The notes under the pieces: model-generated
Databases searched by the model: none
Told to the model about the DNA's origin: nothing
What the model saw: the letters and a program-made list of their open reading frames with translations, nothing else
Shown here: positions 13,847 through 29,606 of the stretch, piece after piece
Position numbering within the stretch: position 1 is the first letter of the stretch
Layout: every line of letters starts with the position of its first letter
Assembly: GCA_012295275.1 (NCBI GenBank)
Contig: CM022677.1
Location: 24,552,001 to 24,616,000, forward strand
DNA length: 64,000 nt
DNA from: Chrysomallon squamiferum
Taxonomy: Eukaryota; Animalia; Mollusca
Direction: 5' to 3'
Translations under genes and position numbers: made by a program

Positions 13847-14173
13847 CAGAAACACTGAACGTAAACAGGTTGCTAACTCTCAGTCCCATCTGACAGCGCC
13901 AACTTCTTTCATGTTTCTTCTCCAATTTCTTAACCAAAAGCCAGTAATACCTCGGATCGGATCTGTCGTACATGCAGCCGCAATCGTAACCGACGATACT
14001 AAATGTTCTTACGCATTTTGTGTCCACCAGGCACACCGTGACAAAGGAGCCCAGTTCATACCTCTGAAAGTGAAGATCAGCGTCTATACGATCGAAGGGA
14101 CTTACAGGACAGAAGAAAGTGTATTTCTTTCCTAGAGTGACTGTCGGTTTACCAGTCATCTCAACAGAGACAC
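13847..14173 (-). CDS. U1 Ig-like domain D
   Basis: ctag acceptor and gtaagt donor, 327 nt, phase 1-1. YTFFC...FQR...CLVDTKC...YDCGC...HERSWRC. Confidence 0.9.
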
Positions 14174-14304
14174 CTAGCGAAAAAAAAAAAAACAAAACAA
14201 CAACAACAACAACAACAACAAAATATGTATCAAAAATAAAACAAAATAAAATAACATAATTTTTTTTAAAAACATTTTTCTGAACTGTTACCTCCGTTGT
14301 TTCC

Positions 14305-14356
<52 letters not shown>

Positions 14357-14410
14357 GAAGAAGAAGAAGAAGAAGAAAATATTACTCAAATTTTTGTTAA
14401 CACGTCTTAC

Positions 14411-14737
14411 TGTCAGTGTTCAATAGGAAATGATTGCTAATACTGGGCTCTGTTACACATCTCCAACTTTTGAGATCGTTGTCGGCGACTCCCAGTATCG
14501 TCATACTAAATAGCCTGACGTCTGCGGTGGTGTTTACGCAACCACAACGATATCGTGTCAAGTGGAACCCCTGTTTGCACGATGCATACACCACACACAG
14601 TGGAATAAAGACGTCGTCCTCGTTTCTTTGAAACAGCAGAGGAGCTGACATTCTAGATGCAGGATTCACGGAGCAGTAGAAAGTGTAATTCATTCCCAGG
14701 ACAATATTAGGCGGCCCATACATTTGCACAGTTACAC
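14411..14737 (-). CDS. U1 Ig-like domain C
   Basis: ttacag acceptor and gtaaga donor, 327 nt, phase 1-1. YTFYC...FQR...CVVYASC...YRCGC...DLKSWRC. Confidence 0.9.
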
Positions 14738-14999
14738 CTGTAACAATACAGGTAGGTGTGACATTTATCAAATTATCTGTTAACGTCTAGCTGTCTAACT
14801 GTCCCGCTGTCTGTTCTGAGTCTGTCTTTTCTTCTGTCTGTTTATTTATCTGATGAGTATGTCTGTCCATGTACGTGTTTGTCTCTGTCTGTCTGTTACC
14901 TATCTATGCATATGTATACACATGATGTTATTATTATTATCGATTTCGTGATCTTGAAAAAAGTAAATGTAATAAAGTAAAGGAGCTTTCAATAATCAT

Positions 15000-15116
<117 letters not shown>

Positions 15117-15184
15117 TTATCTATCTGTCTATCTATCTATCGATGTTATTTTAATTACTTTAATTACGATTTCATATCGCTTAC

Positions 15185-15511
15185 TGAAGATATTGAATTT
15201 GATCTGATTGCTGTAACTCGGTCCACTTTGACATCTCCACATACTGTGGTCTGTGTCCTTGACGTTGGCAATTGTCATATTGTACACTGCGTTCATTCCT
15301 TTACTCCGTGTACATCCGCAGTGATACTCTCCTCTGTGGAAAACCTCTGAACATCTGTAGTCAACAGTGCACATTAAAACAAAAGATCCATGGAACAGTC
15401 TTCGAAACTCGATATTCGTTTTGATGGTGTACTTAGATGAAACGGTACAAAACAGGGTACAGTTGTGATCCAAAATGACATTAGGAGGTCCGTGCATTTG
15501 TAGAGGTGCAC
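15185..15511 (-). CDS. U1 Ig-like domain B
   Basis: ttcttcaag acceptor and gtaagc donor, 327 nt, phase 1-1. CTLFC...FRR...CTVDYRC...YHCGC...DHSMWRC. Confidence 0.9.
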
Positions 15512-15675
15512 CTTGAAGAATATATTAATTTCTTTTTAATGTGTACACATACACTTTTTTAATATATATATATACTGATGAATACTAAACTGTTACTAAT
15601 AAATATATTTAATTAAAATATCATTGTTTTATTTATTTATTATTAGTAGAAGTTGTAATAAATGTAATAAATATA

Positions 15676-15711
<36 letters not shown>

Positions 15712-15830
15712 CAACACCACTAATAACAGAACAATAATAAGAACAGAAAAAACAAGAACAAGAACGACAACAACAACAACAACAACAATAATAGTAATAA
15801 TAAGAGGATTAACGCCAGCAACAGAAACGT

Positions 15831-15904
<74 letters not shown>

Positions 15905-15931
15905 ATATATATAAAATAATAAAGTTGTTAC

Positions 15932-16258
15932 CGTCAAGATTGAATGTGAACAGGTTGCTTTCATGGTATGTTATCTGACATTTCCAAGCCGTTTTATCTT
16001 CAGGCTTGACCGCATGAATGGTCATCATGAAGAGCTTATGTTCAGGTTTGCTCTGGACGCACGAACACTGGTAGCCTCGTTCTGCTGTCGTTTCCTCACA
16101 GGACGGTTCAACGATACACGGTGAAGAAAACGACAGTCCATCTTGTCTTTTGAAGTGAACCCTGGCAAAAATATCGTCATCGGGAACGAGAGTACAGAAC
16201 AGCGAGTAAGAATGACCCAAAATGGCGTTCGGCGGGCCGTTCATAGCCACAGAAACTA
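15932..16258 (-). CDS. U1 Ig-like domain A
   Basis: ctcttacag acceptor and gtaaca donor, 327 nt, phase 1-1. YSLFC...FKR...CIVEPSC...YQCSC...DKTAWKC. Confidence 0.9.
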
Positions 16259-16516
16259 CTGTAAGAGAAAGATGGTTTACGTAAGGTATAACGTACAGTT
16301 AATCATATAGTCACTTATAGATATAGATAGATATACTTAAAATATATATATTTTTGTATGTATATAACTACACATGCACATGTGGATATACACATACGTA
16401 CATACACACACGCACACATACATACACACATACACATATATTTACCTGTATACATACCCATACATAGCCATACATACATACATACACACACAGATTATAG
16501 AAGTAAATAATAGTAC

Positions 16517-16606
16517 TGTGGTGCATAAAATTCCGTTCACAGTAGAAATGGCAGATATTATCAGAAATCCTATTAGCACAACATTTTCAGATGTTTTTTT
16601 CAGCAT
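16517..16606 (-). CDS. U1 signal-peptide exon (MLKKTSENVVLIGFLIISAISTVNG...); 3' boundary uncertain
   Basis: Conserved leader in all five units. Here the shared gtacta donor falls in phase 0 (90 nt versus 88 nt), so another donor or a defect is implied. Confidence 0.6.
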
Positions 16607-16801
16607 CGTGTAATTTTTTTTTTTTTCTAACATTAATTTGAAATTATCCGAGGTAAGCAAAAAAAAAAAAAAAAACAAAACTAAAACCAAAACTATGTTG
16701 ATCTATATTTGAATACGCAGCATTTCCGATTTCACTGGAATGTGCATTTGTTTATATTTTTGTTTACCTATTTATGTATCTATTTATTTATTTGTTTATT
16801 T

Positions 16802-16863
<62 letters not shown>

Positions 16864-16945
16864 CTGCATTGTTGCTATAAATAATTTCTGAAATTTATCC
16901 AGTGAATTCAGATAATAAATGTCAAAATGATTTCTTTTCTGTATT

Positions 16946-16993
<48 letters not shown>

Positions 16994-16996
16994 TAT

Positions 16997-17031
<35 letters not shown>

Positions 17032-17320
17032 TATATCCGTATTTGTGTATCCATATGTGTATTTATTTATTTATGTATTTTTAATGTATTTTTATATGTT
17101 CGCCTGTTTTACATGTTCGTTTGTTTGTGTTTCTGTTTGTTTATAATGATATAAACCATAATTAACTGTTTCCTCTCAAATACCATTATAATGTAGAAAA
17201 TTATTAATGTTATTACCTGAAAAATCTTTTAATTTGTATTTAATTTGAGATTTGTACTACAAATCGGCATTATGTTTAATATATGTATGTATGTATAGGT
17301 ATATGTGTGTGTGTGTGTGT

Positions 17321-17363
<43 letters not shown>

Positions 17364-17742
17364 TATATACATATAAATTAGTAGCAATAAAACGATGATG
17401 ATGATAATAATAATAAACTAATAATAATAATGAACGAAAATAAATACATAGATAAATACAAATCATAGTGCTACTACTGCTACTCTACTACTACTACTGC
17501 TACTACTACTACTACTACTACTAATAATAAAGATAATAATAATGAAATTAAAAAAATAACGATAGCAGTAAACAGAACAGAAAAGTAAATAGGACTGATA
17601 GAAGAAGTACCTTTAGTATATGAATAAGAAAAAAAAAAAAATAAAATAAAAAAAAAAAAATAATAAAATAAAATAAAACAAAAATAAAATAAAAAAAAAA
17701 TATAAAAAAAAAAAAAAAATATATAAATATAAAAAATAAATA

Positions 17743-17838
<96 letters not shown>

Positions 17839-18351
17839 CAAATAAATAAATAAATAAATAAGTAAATAAATAAATAGCTTAATCATTATGATCATCTGAG
17901 TAAAATTATTCTTACAATTATTGATTTATTTATTTACTTATTTTTCTGTCTGCTAGTAACTGAATATTTTAATATTAATGTATTTATCATTGATCAGTAC
18001 GTGTTTTTCATATCTTGTGTGGTATTTGTTTATTTTAATATTCATGTCTACGTTGTATATTGACAGTATATACATCTAACAGGAGACTAACACATGTAAG
18101 AAACATCATGTTCATATTTAAATTATCAGGGAGCAGAATACATCCAGAAAATATGCAATAATACAATTCCTAACATAGAGTTAAATATATAAAAAAAATG
18201 CACAACAAAAAATAAAGAAATATATTTGTACATTGCTGTTATCAATTTAACATAATTTATGCCTGATTGATTTTTATAGAAATACGAACACGAAGAAAAA
18301 AAGACGGCAATAAAATGATGATGATGATAATAATTATAATAAATAAATAAC

Positions 18352-18445
<94 letters not shown>

Positions 18446-18883
18446 GTAATAATAATAATAAATAAGAACAATGAAAAATAGTAATAATAAAAGTAATAAA
18501 GAAATAGACACACACAATTTCTCTGTGTATATATTTTTATATGTAATGTTAAATTGACAAAAGCAGTATATGTGTGTGGGTGTGTGTATGTATTAAAAAA
18601 CAAACTGTGTTTAGAAAAGAAAAGTTGATAAGTAAAAGCACAAAAAACACCTATTGTTTTCTTTATTTTAATACCATCTTGAAACATGACAAGAACATTT
18701 AAAAGGCCATGAATGAGAGAGAAGCAGAGAGAGTTTCTATTATTATTTTCTTTTATACATTTTCTACTAATTTACAGTAATCAGTGTGGAACAATTCCTA
18801 TTTTATGGGACGAAATTGCAAACCGAATTTGTTCTCCTGAAAAGAAAAAGAAAAAAGAAGCAGAAAATAAAACTTATGATTGT

Positions 18884-19008
<125 letters not shown>

Positions 19009-19063
19009 GAATAATATAAAAGTGTTGGTTTCTTTTCTCCTGTTAAAAGATGAACTTCGAACG

Positions 19064-19074
19064 TCAACTTGCCT
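19064..19074 (-). CDS. U2 terminal mini-exon coding part (K-A-S-stop)
   Basis: ctgttattttacag|AG GCA AGT TGA. Confidence 0.55.
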
Positions 19075-19322
19075 CTGTAAAATAACAGAAAGGAAATTGT
19101 TAAGGAAATGTCATTAAGATAAAAAAAAAAAAAAAAAATCAATAAAAATAAAAATGTAATAAATAATTAAATCAATAAATAAATCAATAAAAATAATAAT
19201 AATCATTATGAAAGTGGGATATTGCAGCATAAAAAAAAAAAATTAAGAAATAGCAGCAGCAAGAACAAATTAGTTAAAGAGTAAACTAATTAGACAAATG
19301 TCTAAATTTTACACTTATAACG

Positions 19323-19505
<183 letters not shown>

Positions 19506-19636
19506 TCACGATTTAAATTTCAAGAATGAAGTAATATCAATGGAAGCAACTGATTTTTCTTTTTTATTACAAACACATTTCGAGAAATCAGCATTAGTCA
19601 TAACCGATTTTCTTTTGTATGTATATGTTTGTATAT

Positions 19637-19680
<44 letters not shown>

Positions 19681-19805
19681 ATATATATATATATACACAG
19701 TAAAATATATTTGTCAGTTTAAAATTACGTATAAATTATATATAGACAGGGTACAGTGTATGTTTATTTCTTTATTACATTTAATATTACTATTTTTCAT
19801 TGTTG

Positions 19806-19836
<31 letters not shown>

Positions 19837-19978
19837 TTTTTTTTTATCTATGTATGTATGTATCTATGGTTCTCTCTATTTATATTTATGTATATCTGTC
19901 TGAATCTATGAGTATATAAATATACATATGAATATGCATGTATGTATAGATGAATGTGTGTATATGTATCTATCTATG

Positions 19979-20111
<133 letters not shown>

Positions 20112-20137
20112 GAATGTGTGTGAGGGATTGCACATAC

Positions 20138-20464
20138 TGGGAACTCTAAACTTGAACAGGTTGCTAAAACTGAGCCCCATCTGACAGCGCCATTTTCTTT
20201 GATGTTTTTTCTCCAACCTCTGCACTACAAGCTTGTAATATCTCGGTTCTGACCTTCTGAACACGCAGCCACATTCATAACCGACCAAACGAAATGTCGA
20301 TACGCAGTTTGTGTCCACCAGGCACACCGTAATAAAGGAGCCCAGTTCATACCTCTGAAAGTGAAGCGGAGCGTCTATACGATTGGAGGGAGTTACAGGA
20401 CAGAAGAAAGTGTATTTCTTTCCTAGAATTACTCTCTGTTTACCAGTCATCTGAACAGAGACAC
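20138..20464 (-). CDS. U2 Ig-like domain D
   Basis: ctag acceptor and gtatgt donor, 327 nt, phase 1-1. Confidence 0.9.
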
Positions 20465-20578
20465 CTAGGGAAAAAAAAAAAAAAAAAAAAAAACCCAACT
20501 ATATATGTATATAAACAAAGTAAAATAAAATAAACTTATAAAATAATTTTTTAAAAATATTATCTCCTTTCTTTATGC

Positions 20579-20712
<134 letters not shown>

Positions 20713-20790
20713 TAATTAGAAGAAGAACAAGATGTAAATATTATTCGAAACATATCGCTTTTAACGGATGAAAATCTCTAACAATCTTAC

Positions 20791-21118
20791 TGTCAAGGTT
20801 AAATCGTAAATGATTGCTAATACTGGGCTCTACTTCACATCTCCAACCTAAGCGATCTCTCAGAGTGACTCCCAGTATCGTCATTCTAAATAGCCTGACG
20901 TCTGCGGTGGTGCTTACGCAACCACAACGATATCGTCTCAAGTGGAACCCCTTTTTTTTGCGATTCATACACCACACACAGTGGAATAAAGACGTCGTCC
21001 TCGTTTCTTTGAAACTGCAGAGGAGCTGACATTCTAGATGCAGGATTCACGGAGCAGTAGAAAGTGTAATCCATTCCCAGGAATGTGTTAGGCGGCCCAT
21101 ATATGTTCACAGTTACAC
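20791..21118 (-). pseudogene. U2 Ig-like domain C with +1 frameshift (328 nt)
   Basis: Splice sites intact. T8 run at ~20952-20959 replaces tgtttgca of the other units, adding 1 nt and removing a conserved Cys. Split ORFs 20886-21152 and 20741-20977. Confidence 0.7.
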
Positions 21119-21186
21119 CTGTAACAATACAGGTAGATGTGACATATATCAAGTTATCTGTTAACGTCTAGCTGTCTAACTGTCCA

Positions 21187-21217
<31 letters not shown>

Positions 21218-21431
21218 TTCTAACTAATCTGTCTGCTTCGTATTTGTCTATGCTTCCGATTTATTTATCTATTTAATTATATATTTATCTGACGAATATG
21301 TCTGTCTGTCTATTTACCTGTTTTCTATATCTGTCTGTCTATCATCTACCTGTGCATATGTAAATACGTGATATATATACGTGATGTTTTTAAAAAAGTA
21401 ATTAAAGGATATTTCAGTAATCATCTGGGTT

Positions 21432-21549
<118 letters not shown>

Positions 21550-21828
21550 CGTATATGTATATATGTACATCAATATATGTATTAGGCATTGAATATTCTA
21601 ATCACGAGCTCATAAACTCCGGCAGATTTGCTGAGGAGACACGAATATGTGGCACCCTTTCTCCCACATCCCCAAGGTGGACGACGTTGCTGAATAATCG
21701 AGGGTAATCATCACTTCCCATGAATCATGCCGTTCTTTGTCTTTCGTCATTTTCCTTCACCTATCTATCTACACATCTATCTATCGACGCAATTTTTATT
21801 ACTTTAATTACGATTTCAGGTCACTTAC

Positions 21829-22155
21829 TGACGATATTGAATTCTATCTCATTGCTGACAATCGATCCACTTTGACATCTCCACATGGTATGGTCTTTTT
21901 CCTTGACGTTGGGAATTGTCAGTGTGTACACTGGGTTCATTCCTGTGCTATCTGTACATCCGCAGTGATACTGTCCTCTCTGGTAAAATTCAGAACATCT
22001 GTAGTCAACAGTGCACATTGAAACAAAAGATCCATGGGAAAGTCTTCGAAAATCGATTTTCGTTTCGATGGTATATTCAAAAGAAACGGTACAAAACAGG
22101 GTACATTTGTGATGCAAAATGACATTAGAAGGTCCGTGCATTTGTAGAGATGCTC
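21829..22155 (-). CDS. U2 Ig-like domain B
   Basis: aag acceptor and gtaagt donor, 327 nt, phase 1-1. Confidence 0.9.
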
Positions 22156-22220
22156 CTTAAAGAAAATATTAAATTATTTTTAATGTATGTGTGTGTATAT
22201 ATATATGAATGTATATGTGT

Positions 22221-22329
<109 letters not shown>

Positions 22330-22453
22330 TATAGATAGATAGATAGATAGATAGATAGATTGATATTAATGAACAGTAAACATACATATCAACCCACACA
22401 CAAGCACTCAGACATTAAACACAAACATATACGAAAAATAATAAATATGTTAC

Positions 22454-22780
22454 TGAAAAGATTGAATGTGAACAGGTTGCTTGCATGGTATGTTATCTGA
22501 CATTTCCAAGCCGTTTTATCTTCAGGCTTGACCGCCTGAATGGTCATCATGAAGAGCCAATGTCCAGGTTGATTATGTACGCAGGAACACTGGTAGCCGT
22601 CTTCAGCTATTATGTTATAACAAAATGGTTGTACTACGCACGCTGACGAAAACGAGACTCCATGTTGTCTTTGGAAATGAATACTGGCAAAAATATATTC
22701 ATCGGGAACGACAGAACAGAACAGAGAGTAAGACTGACCCAGAACGGCGTTAGGCGGACCGTTCATAGCCACAGAAAGTA
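22454..22780 (-). CDS. U2 Ig-like domain A
   Basis: ttacag acceptor and gtaaca donor, 327 nt, phase 1-1. Confidence 0.9.
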
Positions 22781-23281
22781 CTGTAAGAGAAATATTAGTT
22801 GAAAGTTAGTTGATGTAACGTGCGTGTTTTAACACATTAACAACAATAACAACAAATATATATATATATATATAAAACAAGGAAGAATAGGAATAACAAC
22901 AACAAGAAAAAGAAAAATAATAATTCAAATTTCTGGTTTTATATATTGTTTTTTAAACAATGTATGTATTTATGCAAGTGTGTGTCTGTGTTTGTGTTTT
23001 CTGTATATAAATATATATGTATGTATATATGTATATTTCTATATGTACATCTATATACATGCATATATACACGTAAACATCTATTCACTTATATATATAG
23101 ATAGAAACACACAAAATATATATTTACATACATGCATATATAGATACACACGCACATATACATACATACTTATCTACATACATACCCATACATATCCATT
23201 CATATATACTCATATATACATACACACAGTTACATACTGACATACATACATACACACAGATATACAAGTAAATAATAGTAC

Positions 23282-23369
23282 TTCGGTTTAACATTCCGTT
23301 CACAGAAGAAATGGCAGATATTATCAGAAATCCTATTAGCACAAACTTTTCAGATGTTTTTTTCAGCAT
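23282..23369 (-). CDS. U2 signal-peptide exon (MLKKTSEKFVLIGFLIISAISSVNGMLNR)
   Basis: ATG at 23369, 88 nt, phase-1 gtacta donor (weak) fits exon A. Confidence 0.7.
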
Positions 23370-24277
23370 CGTGTAATTTTTTTTTTCTTTTCTAACAGTA
23401 AATTGAAATTATCCGACGTAAGCAGAAAAAAAGACAAATCTAAAACCAAAACTGTGTTGATCTATATTTCAGTACTCAGCACTTCCGATTTCACTGGAGT
23501 GTGCATTTATTAATATTTTTATTATTTATTTATTTACTTATTTATATATTTAATTATTTATTTATTATTTGTTTATTTTATTTTATTTTTTATTAATTGT
23601 TCTATGTTTTATTTTTTGTTTTTTTTTTTTTTTATTATTATTTTTTTATCTATATTGTTGCTATAAATAATTTCTGAAATTTATCCAGTGAATTCAGATA
23701 GTAGACGTCAAAATAATTTCATATCTGTATTCAGTTTTATTATTATTTTTGTTTTTATTGCTTTTAAAATAGGACTCACCTTTAATAATATATGCATATG
23801 TTTAACTGTATGTATGTATGTAAATATGTACAGATGTTTGCATTGGTGTGTGCGTGTGTGTTTACATATATGTATGTATGTATGACCGTGTATCTACGTA
23901 TGACCGTATATGTATGTATGTATGTGTTTGGGTGTGGTTGTGTGTGTATGTATTTCCGTATGTGTATACTTCTCTGCATGTATTTATTTACGTTTTTAAT
24001 GTATTTTTATATGTGTGTGTTCTTATATGCTCGTTTGTTTGTGTTTATGTAAGCTTATAATGATAAAAACCATAATCAAATGTTTCCTCTGACATACCAT
24101 TGTAATGTAGAAAATTATTAATGTTATTATTGGATAAATCTTTTAATTCATTTTAATCTGTATTGTATTGAATTTGAGATTTGTACTATAAATAGCGGCA
24201 TTATGTTTAATGTATATATATATATATATATATAGAGATACATATTGTATATATATATATATACTAGTAACAATATA

Positions 24278-24313
<36 letters not shown>

Positions 24314-24508
24314 AAAAAATAATAATAATAGGACCCCCGTTAGAAGAAATACGTTTAGTACATAGAAAAAAATAAACCAAAATAAAAAAAAAAAAAAATA
24401 AAATAAAATAAAATAAAATAGGGTAAAATAAAATAAAATAAAACACATAAATGAGTAAAAAACATCCAAACATTAAATAATAAGTAAATAAAGAAAGAAA
24501 CAAACGAA

Positions 24509-24657
<149 letters not shown>

Positions 24658-25183
24658 AAATAAATAAATAAATAAATAAATAAGTAACTAAATAAAGGAC
24701 TAGCTTAATCGTTATGATGATCAAATAAGTGAAACTGTTCTTAGAATTATTTATTTATCTATTTATTTATTTTTCTGTCTGCTTGTAACTGAATATTTTA
24801 ATATTAATGCACAGTTTCTCATATCTTATGTGGTATTTGTTTATTTTAATATTTGTGTCTATTTTCTATATTTTATATACATCTGACAGCAGACTAACAC
24901 ATGTAAGAAACATCATGTTCATATTTAAATTATCAGGGAGCAGAATACACACAGAAAATATGCAATAATACAATTCCTAACATAATGTAGATTTAAATAT
25001 ATATAAAAATGCACAACAAAAAATAAAGAAATATATTTGTACATTGCTGTTATCAATTTAATATAATTTATGCCTGACTGATTTTTTTTTTTTTTAGAAA
25101 TACGAACAAGAAGAAAAAAGACGGCAATAAAATGATGATGATGATAATAATTATAATAAAAAAATAACAGTAGTGATAATAGC

Positions 25184-25268
<85 letters not shown>

Positions 25269-25721
25269 GAAAAAAAATGAAAAATAGTAATAATAAAAGT
25301 AATAAAGAAATAGACACACCATGCTCTCTGTATATATTTTTTTATGTAATGTTAAATTGACAAAAGCAGTATTTGTGTGTGGGTGTGTATATATATTAAA
25401 AAACAAACTGAGTTTAGAAAAGAAACGTTGATCAGTAAAAGCACGAAAAACACATCTATTGTTTTCTTTGTTTTAATACCACGTTCAAACATAACAAGAA
25501 AATTTAAAGGGCAATGAATGAGAGAACCAAAGAGAGTTTATTTTATAATTCTTTTTTTTTTTTTTACACATAAGTCTGGAATTATTTCAATTTTATGGGT
25601 CGAAATCTCATATCGAATTCGTTGTCCTGAAAAATAAAGCAGAAAATGCATATGTCTGTGACAGAACAATGAAAAAGTGTTTGTTTGTTTGTTTGTTTTT
25701 TTTTCAGAAGAACGTTCAACA

Positions 25722-25997
<276 letters not shown>

Positions 25998-26203
25998 CTG
26001 AAAAATAACAGAAAGGAATATTGTATAGGAAATGTCATTAAGAAATAAGAAATATAATAATAATAATTATAAAATATAATAATCATCGTTATGAAACAAG
26101 GACTTTGCAATAGAAAAAAAATATCGAAATACCAGCACAATGAACAAACTAGTTAAAGAGGGAAGTAATTAGAAAAAACAAAAACAAATTTACATGTATA
26201 TAG

Positions 26204-26266
<63 letters not shown>

Positions 26267-26432
26267 ATATATTACAAAAATCAAGTAATATCCAAGGAAA
26301 CAATTGATTTTGTAATTTTTTTTTGTTAGAAATACATTTTGAGAAAGAATCATTATCATAGAAAAGACCCGAATTTTTTTATATCTATGTATGTGTATGT
26401 ATTCATGTATGTGTCTGAATATATGTGTGTGT

Positions 26433-26492
<60 letters not shown>

Positions 26493-26691
26493 AGATGGAA
26501 AGATAGATTGACTTTTGTATTTAAGTGTGTATATATTTTATGTATTTTTGTATATATGTATGCATATATGTAGTTATTTGTATATATGTGTGTGTGTGTG
26601 TGCGCATTTTTGTATGTAAGTGTGTGTGAAATTTATATATGTGTGTATATATAAATATATATAATTACATATGCGTGTACGTGTGCATGGT

Positions 26692-26728
<37 letters not shown>

Positions 26729-26814
26729 TTTTTAGATTTTGAATATTGTCTGCCTTATGTACATCTTATTAGATTATGCACAAGACGATATTAAAGAGTG
26801 CACTGACAAAGGAG

Positions 26815-26898
26815 GACAAAGTCCAAAGTCCTGGAACTTATGACAACCATTCGCCTGCACTACGAAGGCAGACTACGTTACCTTTCGGCCATCACGAC
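26815..26898 (-). mobile_element. Degenerate tRNA-derived SINE head (candidate)
   Basis: The minus strand reads gtcgtgatggccgaaaggtaacgtagtctgcc...aagttccagg, with A-box-like and degenerate B-box-like segments. It is a GC-rich island seen only in this unit. Confidence 0.35.
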
Positions 26899-27071
26899 AT
26901 GTCTGTGTGTGAATGTATGTATTTATGTGAATTTACACATGTATCTATGTACATAATGTTTATTAGAAATAAATTTTGATGAACACTCATTACCCAATAT
27001 ATGTATGTATGTCTGTACCAAAGTATAAACCTATGTAAGTATGCATGTGTGTACGTATTTGTGTATGTATG

Positions 27072-27118
<47 letters not shown>

Positions 27119-27122
27119 ACAT

Positions 27123-27472
27123 TCATATATGAGGAATGTACTTAGTGGCAACTGTGAACTTGAACAGGTTGCTAAAACTAGGCCCCATCTGACAGCGCCA
27201 TCTTCTCTGATGTTTCTTCTGCACCTTCTGCACTACAAGCCAGTAATACCTTGGATCTGAACCTTTGAGCACGCAGCCACATTGATAACCGACCAAACGA
27301 AATGTCGATACGCAGTTTGTGTCCACCAGGCACACCGTAATAAAGGAGCCCAGTTCATACCTCTGAAAGTGAAGCGGAGCGTCTATACGATTGGAGGGAG
27401 TTACAGGACAGATGAAAGTGCATTTCTTTCCTAGAGTGACTGTCGGATTACCAGTCATCTGGACAGAGACTC
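27123..27472 (-). CDS. U3 Ig-like domain D, read-through terminal form (...FKFTVATKYIPHI*)
   Basis: Acceptor ctag at 27474-27473. The homologous donor is mutated to ctaagt (27145), and the ORF continues to TGA at 27125-27123. Confidence 0.85.
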
Positions 27473-27585
27473 CTAGTGAAAAAACAACAACAAACTAACA
27501 AAACTAAATAAATAAATAAATAAAAAATAAAATAAAATAAACTTATAAAAACATTTTTCTTAAATATTACCTCCTTTGTTTATAA

Positions 27586-27630
<45 letters not shown>

Positions 27631-27771
27631 TAAAGAAATAATAATTATAAAGACAAAAGTAGCAACAATAATAATAATAGTGAGAAGAAGAAAACGAAGA
27701 AAAAGAAGAAGAAGAAAATGTTACTCAAAACATTTCGCTTATAACGAATGAAAGTCTCTGACAAGTCTTAC

Positions 27772-28098
27772 TGTGAATGTTAAATCGGAAATGATTGCTA
27801 ATACTGGGCTCTGCTTCACATCTCCAACTTCTGCTATCTCTTATAGTGACTCCTACAATCGTCATACTAAATAGCCTGACGTCTGCGGTGGTGTTTACGC
27901 AACCACAACGATATCGTGTTAAGCGGAACCCCTGTTTGCACGATGCATACACCACACACAGTGGAATAAAGACGTCGTCCTCGTTTCTTTGAAACTGCAG
28001 AGGAGCTGACATTCTAGATGCAGGATTCACGGAGCAGTAGAAAGTGTAATTCATTCCCAGGACAATATTAGGCGGCCCATACATGTTCACAGTTACAT
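27772..28098 (-). CDS. U3 Ig-like domain C
   Basis: ttacag acceptor and gtaaga donor, 327 nt, phase 1-1. Confidence 0.9.
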
Positions 28099-28473
28099 CT
28101 GTAATATTACAGGTAGGTGTGACATTTATCAAATTATCTGTTAACGTCTAGTTGTCTAACTGTCCATCTGTCTGTCTGTCTTTCTAACTAATCTGTCTGC
28201 TCTGGGTCTCTGTCTTTCCTTGTGTCTTTTTATTTATCCCTTTATCTATATATTTATCTGATGAGTATGTCAGATTGTCTATTTATTTATCTACCTAGCT
28301 ATACATTTATCTGATGAGTATATCAGACTGTCTATTTACCTGTTTTCTATATCTGTCTCTCTGTTATTTATCTATGCGTAAGTATATACATGATATTATT
28401 ATTATTATCGATTTCGTGATGTTAATCACAGTAAGTGTAATAAAGTTAAAGAGCTTTGAATAATCATCTGGAT

Positions 28474-28585
<112 letters not shown>

Positions 28586-28763
28586 TATGTGGCACATGTG
28601 TGTGTGTGTGTGTGTGTGTGTGTTAGGCTTTGAATATTCTAATCACGATCTCACGAACTCAAAGACATACAGCTGAGCAGACTGGAATATATGGCACCCT
28701 TTCTCCCAAGGAATCGTTGCTGAATAATCGAGGGTAATCGTCTTCATTCACGTATCTCTATAC

Positions 28764-28865
<102 letters not shown>

Positions 28866-28929
28866 CTACCTACCTACCTATGTATCGATGCTATTTTAAT
28901 TACTTTAATTACGATTTCAGATCACTTAC

Positions 28930-29256
28930 TTAAGATATTGAATTTTATCTCATTGCTGACAATCGATCCACTTTCACATCTCCACATGGTGTGGTCTTTT
29001 TCCTTGACGTTGGGAATTGTCATCGTGTACACTGGGTTCATTCCACTGTTCTGTGTACATCCGCAGTGATACTGTTCTCTCTGGTAGTATTCAGAACAGT
29101 TGTGGTCAACAGTGCATATTGAAATAAAAAATTCATGGGAAAGTCTTCGAAAATCGATTTTCGTTTTGATGGTGTATTCAGAAGAAACGGTACAAAACAG
29201 GGTACATTTGTGATCCAAAATGACATTAGGAGGTCCGTGCATTTGTAGAGATGCTC
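28930..29256 (-). CDS. U3 Ig-like domain B
   Basis: ttctag acceptor and gtaagt donor, 327 nt, phase 1-1. Confidence 0.9.
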
Positions 29257-29296
29257 CTAGAATAATGTATTAAATTATTTTTAATGTGTGAGTCAA

Positions 29297-29327
<31 letters not shown>

Positions 29328-29420
29328 TGTATGTATGTATTTATGTAAGAATGTATGAACTTATGTATGTGTATGTGTGTGTGTGTATATATGTATGTAT
29401 ATATGTGTATGTGTTGTATA

Positions 29421-29504
<84 letters not shown>

Positions 29505-29606
29505 TGAATAGTAAACATCTATTCACACACAGACAGTAAGACGTTATGCGGACCCACGCACAGACACACCCACGCACACTCATATATAAAACAATAAAGT
29601 TGTTAC

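Noticed and set aside
14596-14602. CACAGTG RSS-like heptamer in every exon C, hinting at V(D)J-type rearrangement
   Set aside because: It lies inside coding sequence (PLC codons on the minus strand), has no nonamer at 12 or 23 bp, and exons are bounded by ordinary splice sites.
14434-14631. Recurrent antisense ORFs over domain exons (also 20814, 27795, 34208, 39898, 9375, 60609, 3179)
   Set aside because: They are shadows of the true coding strand, recurring only because the exons are duplicated.
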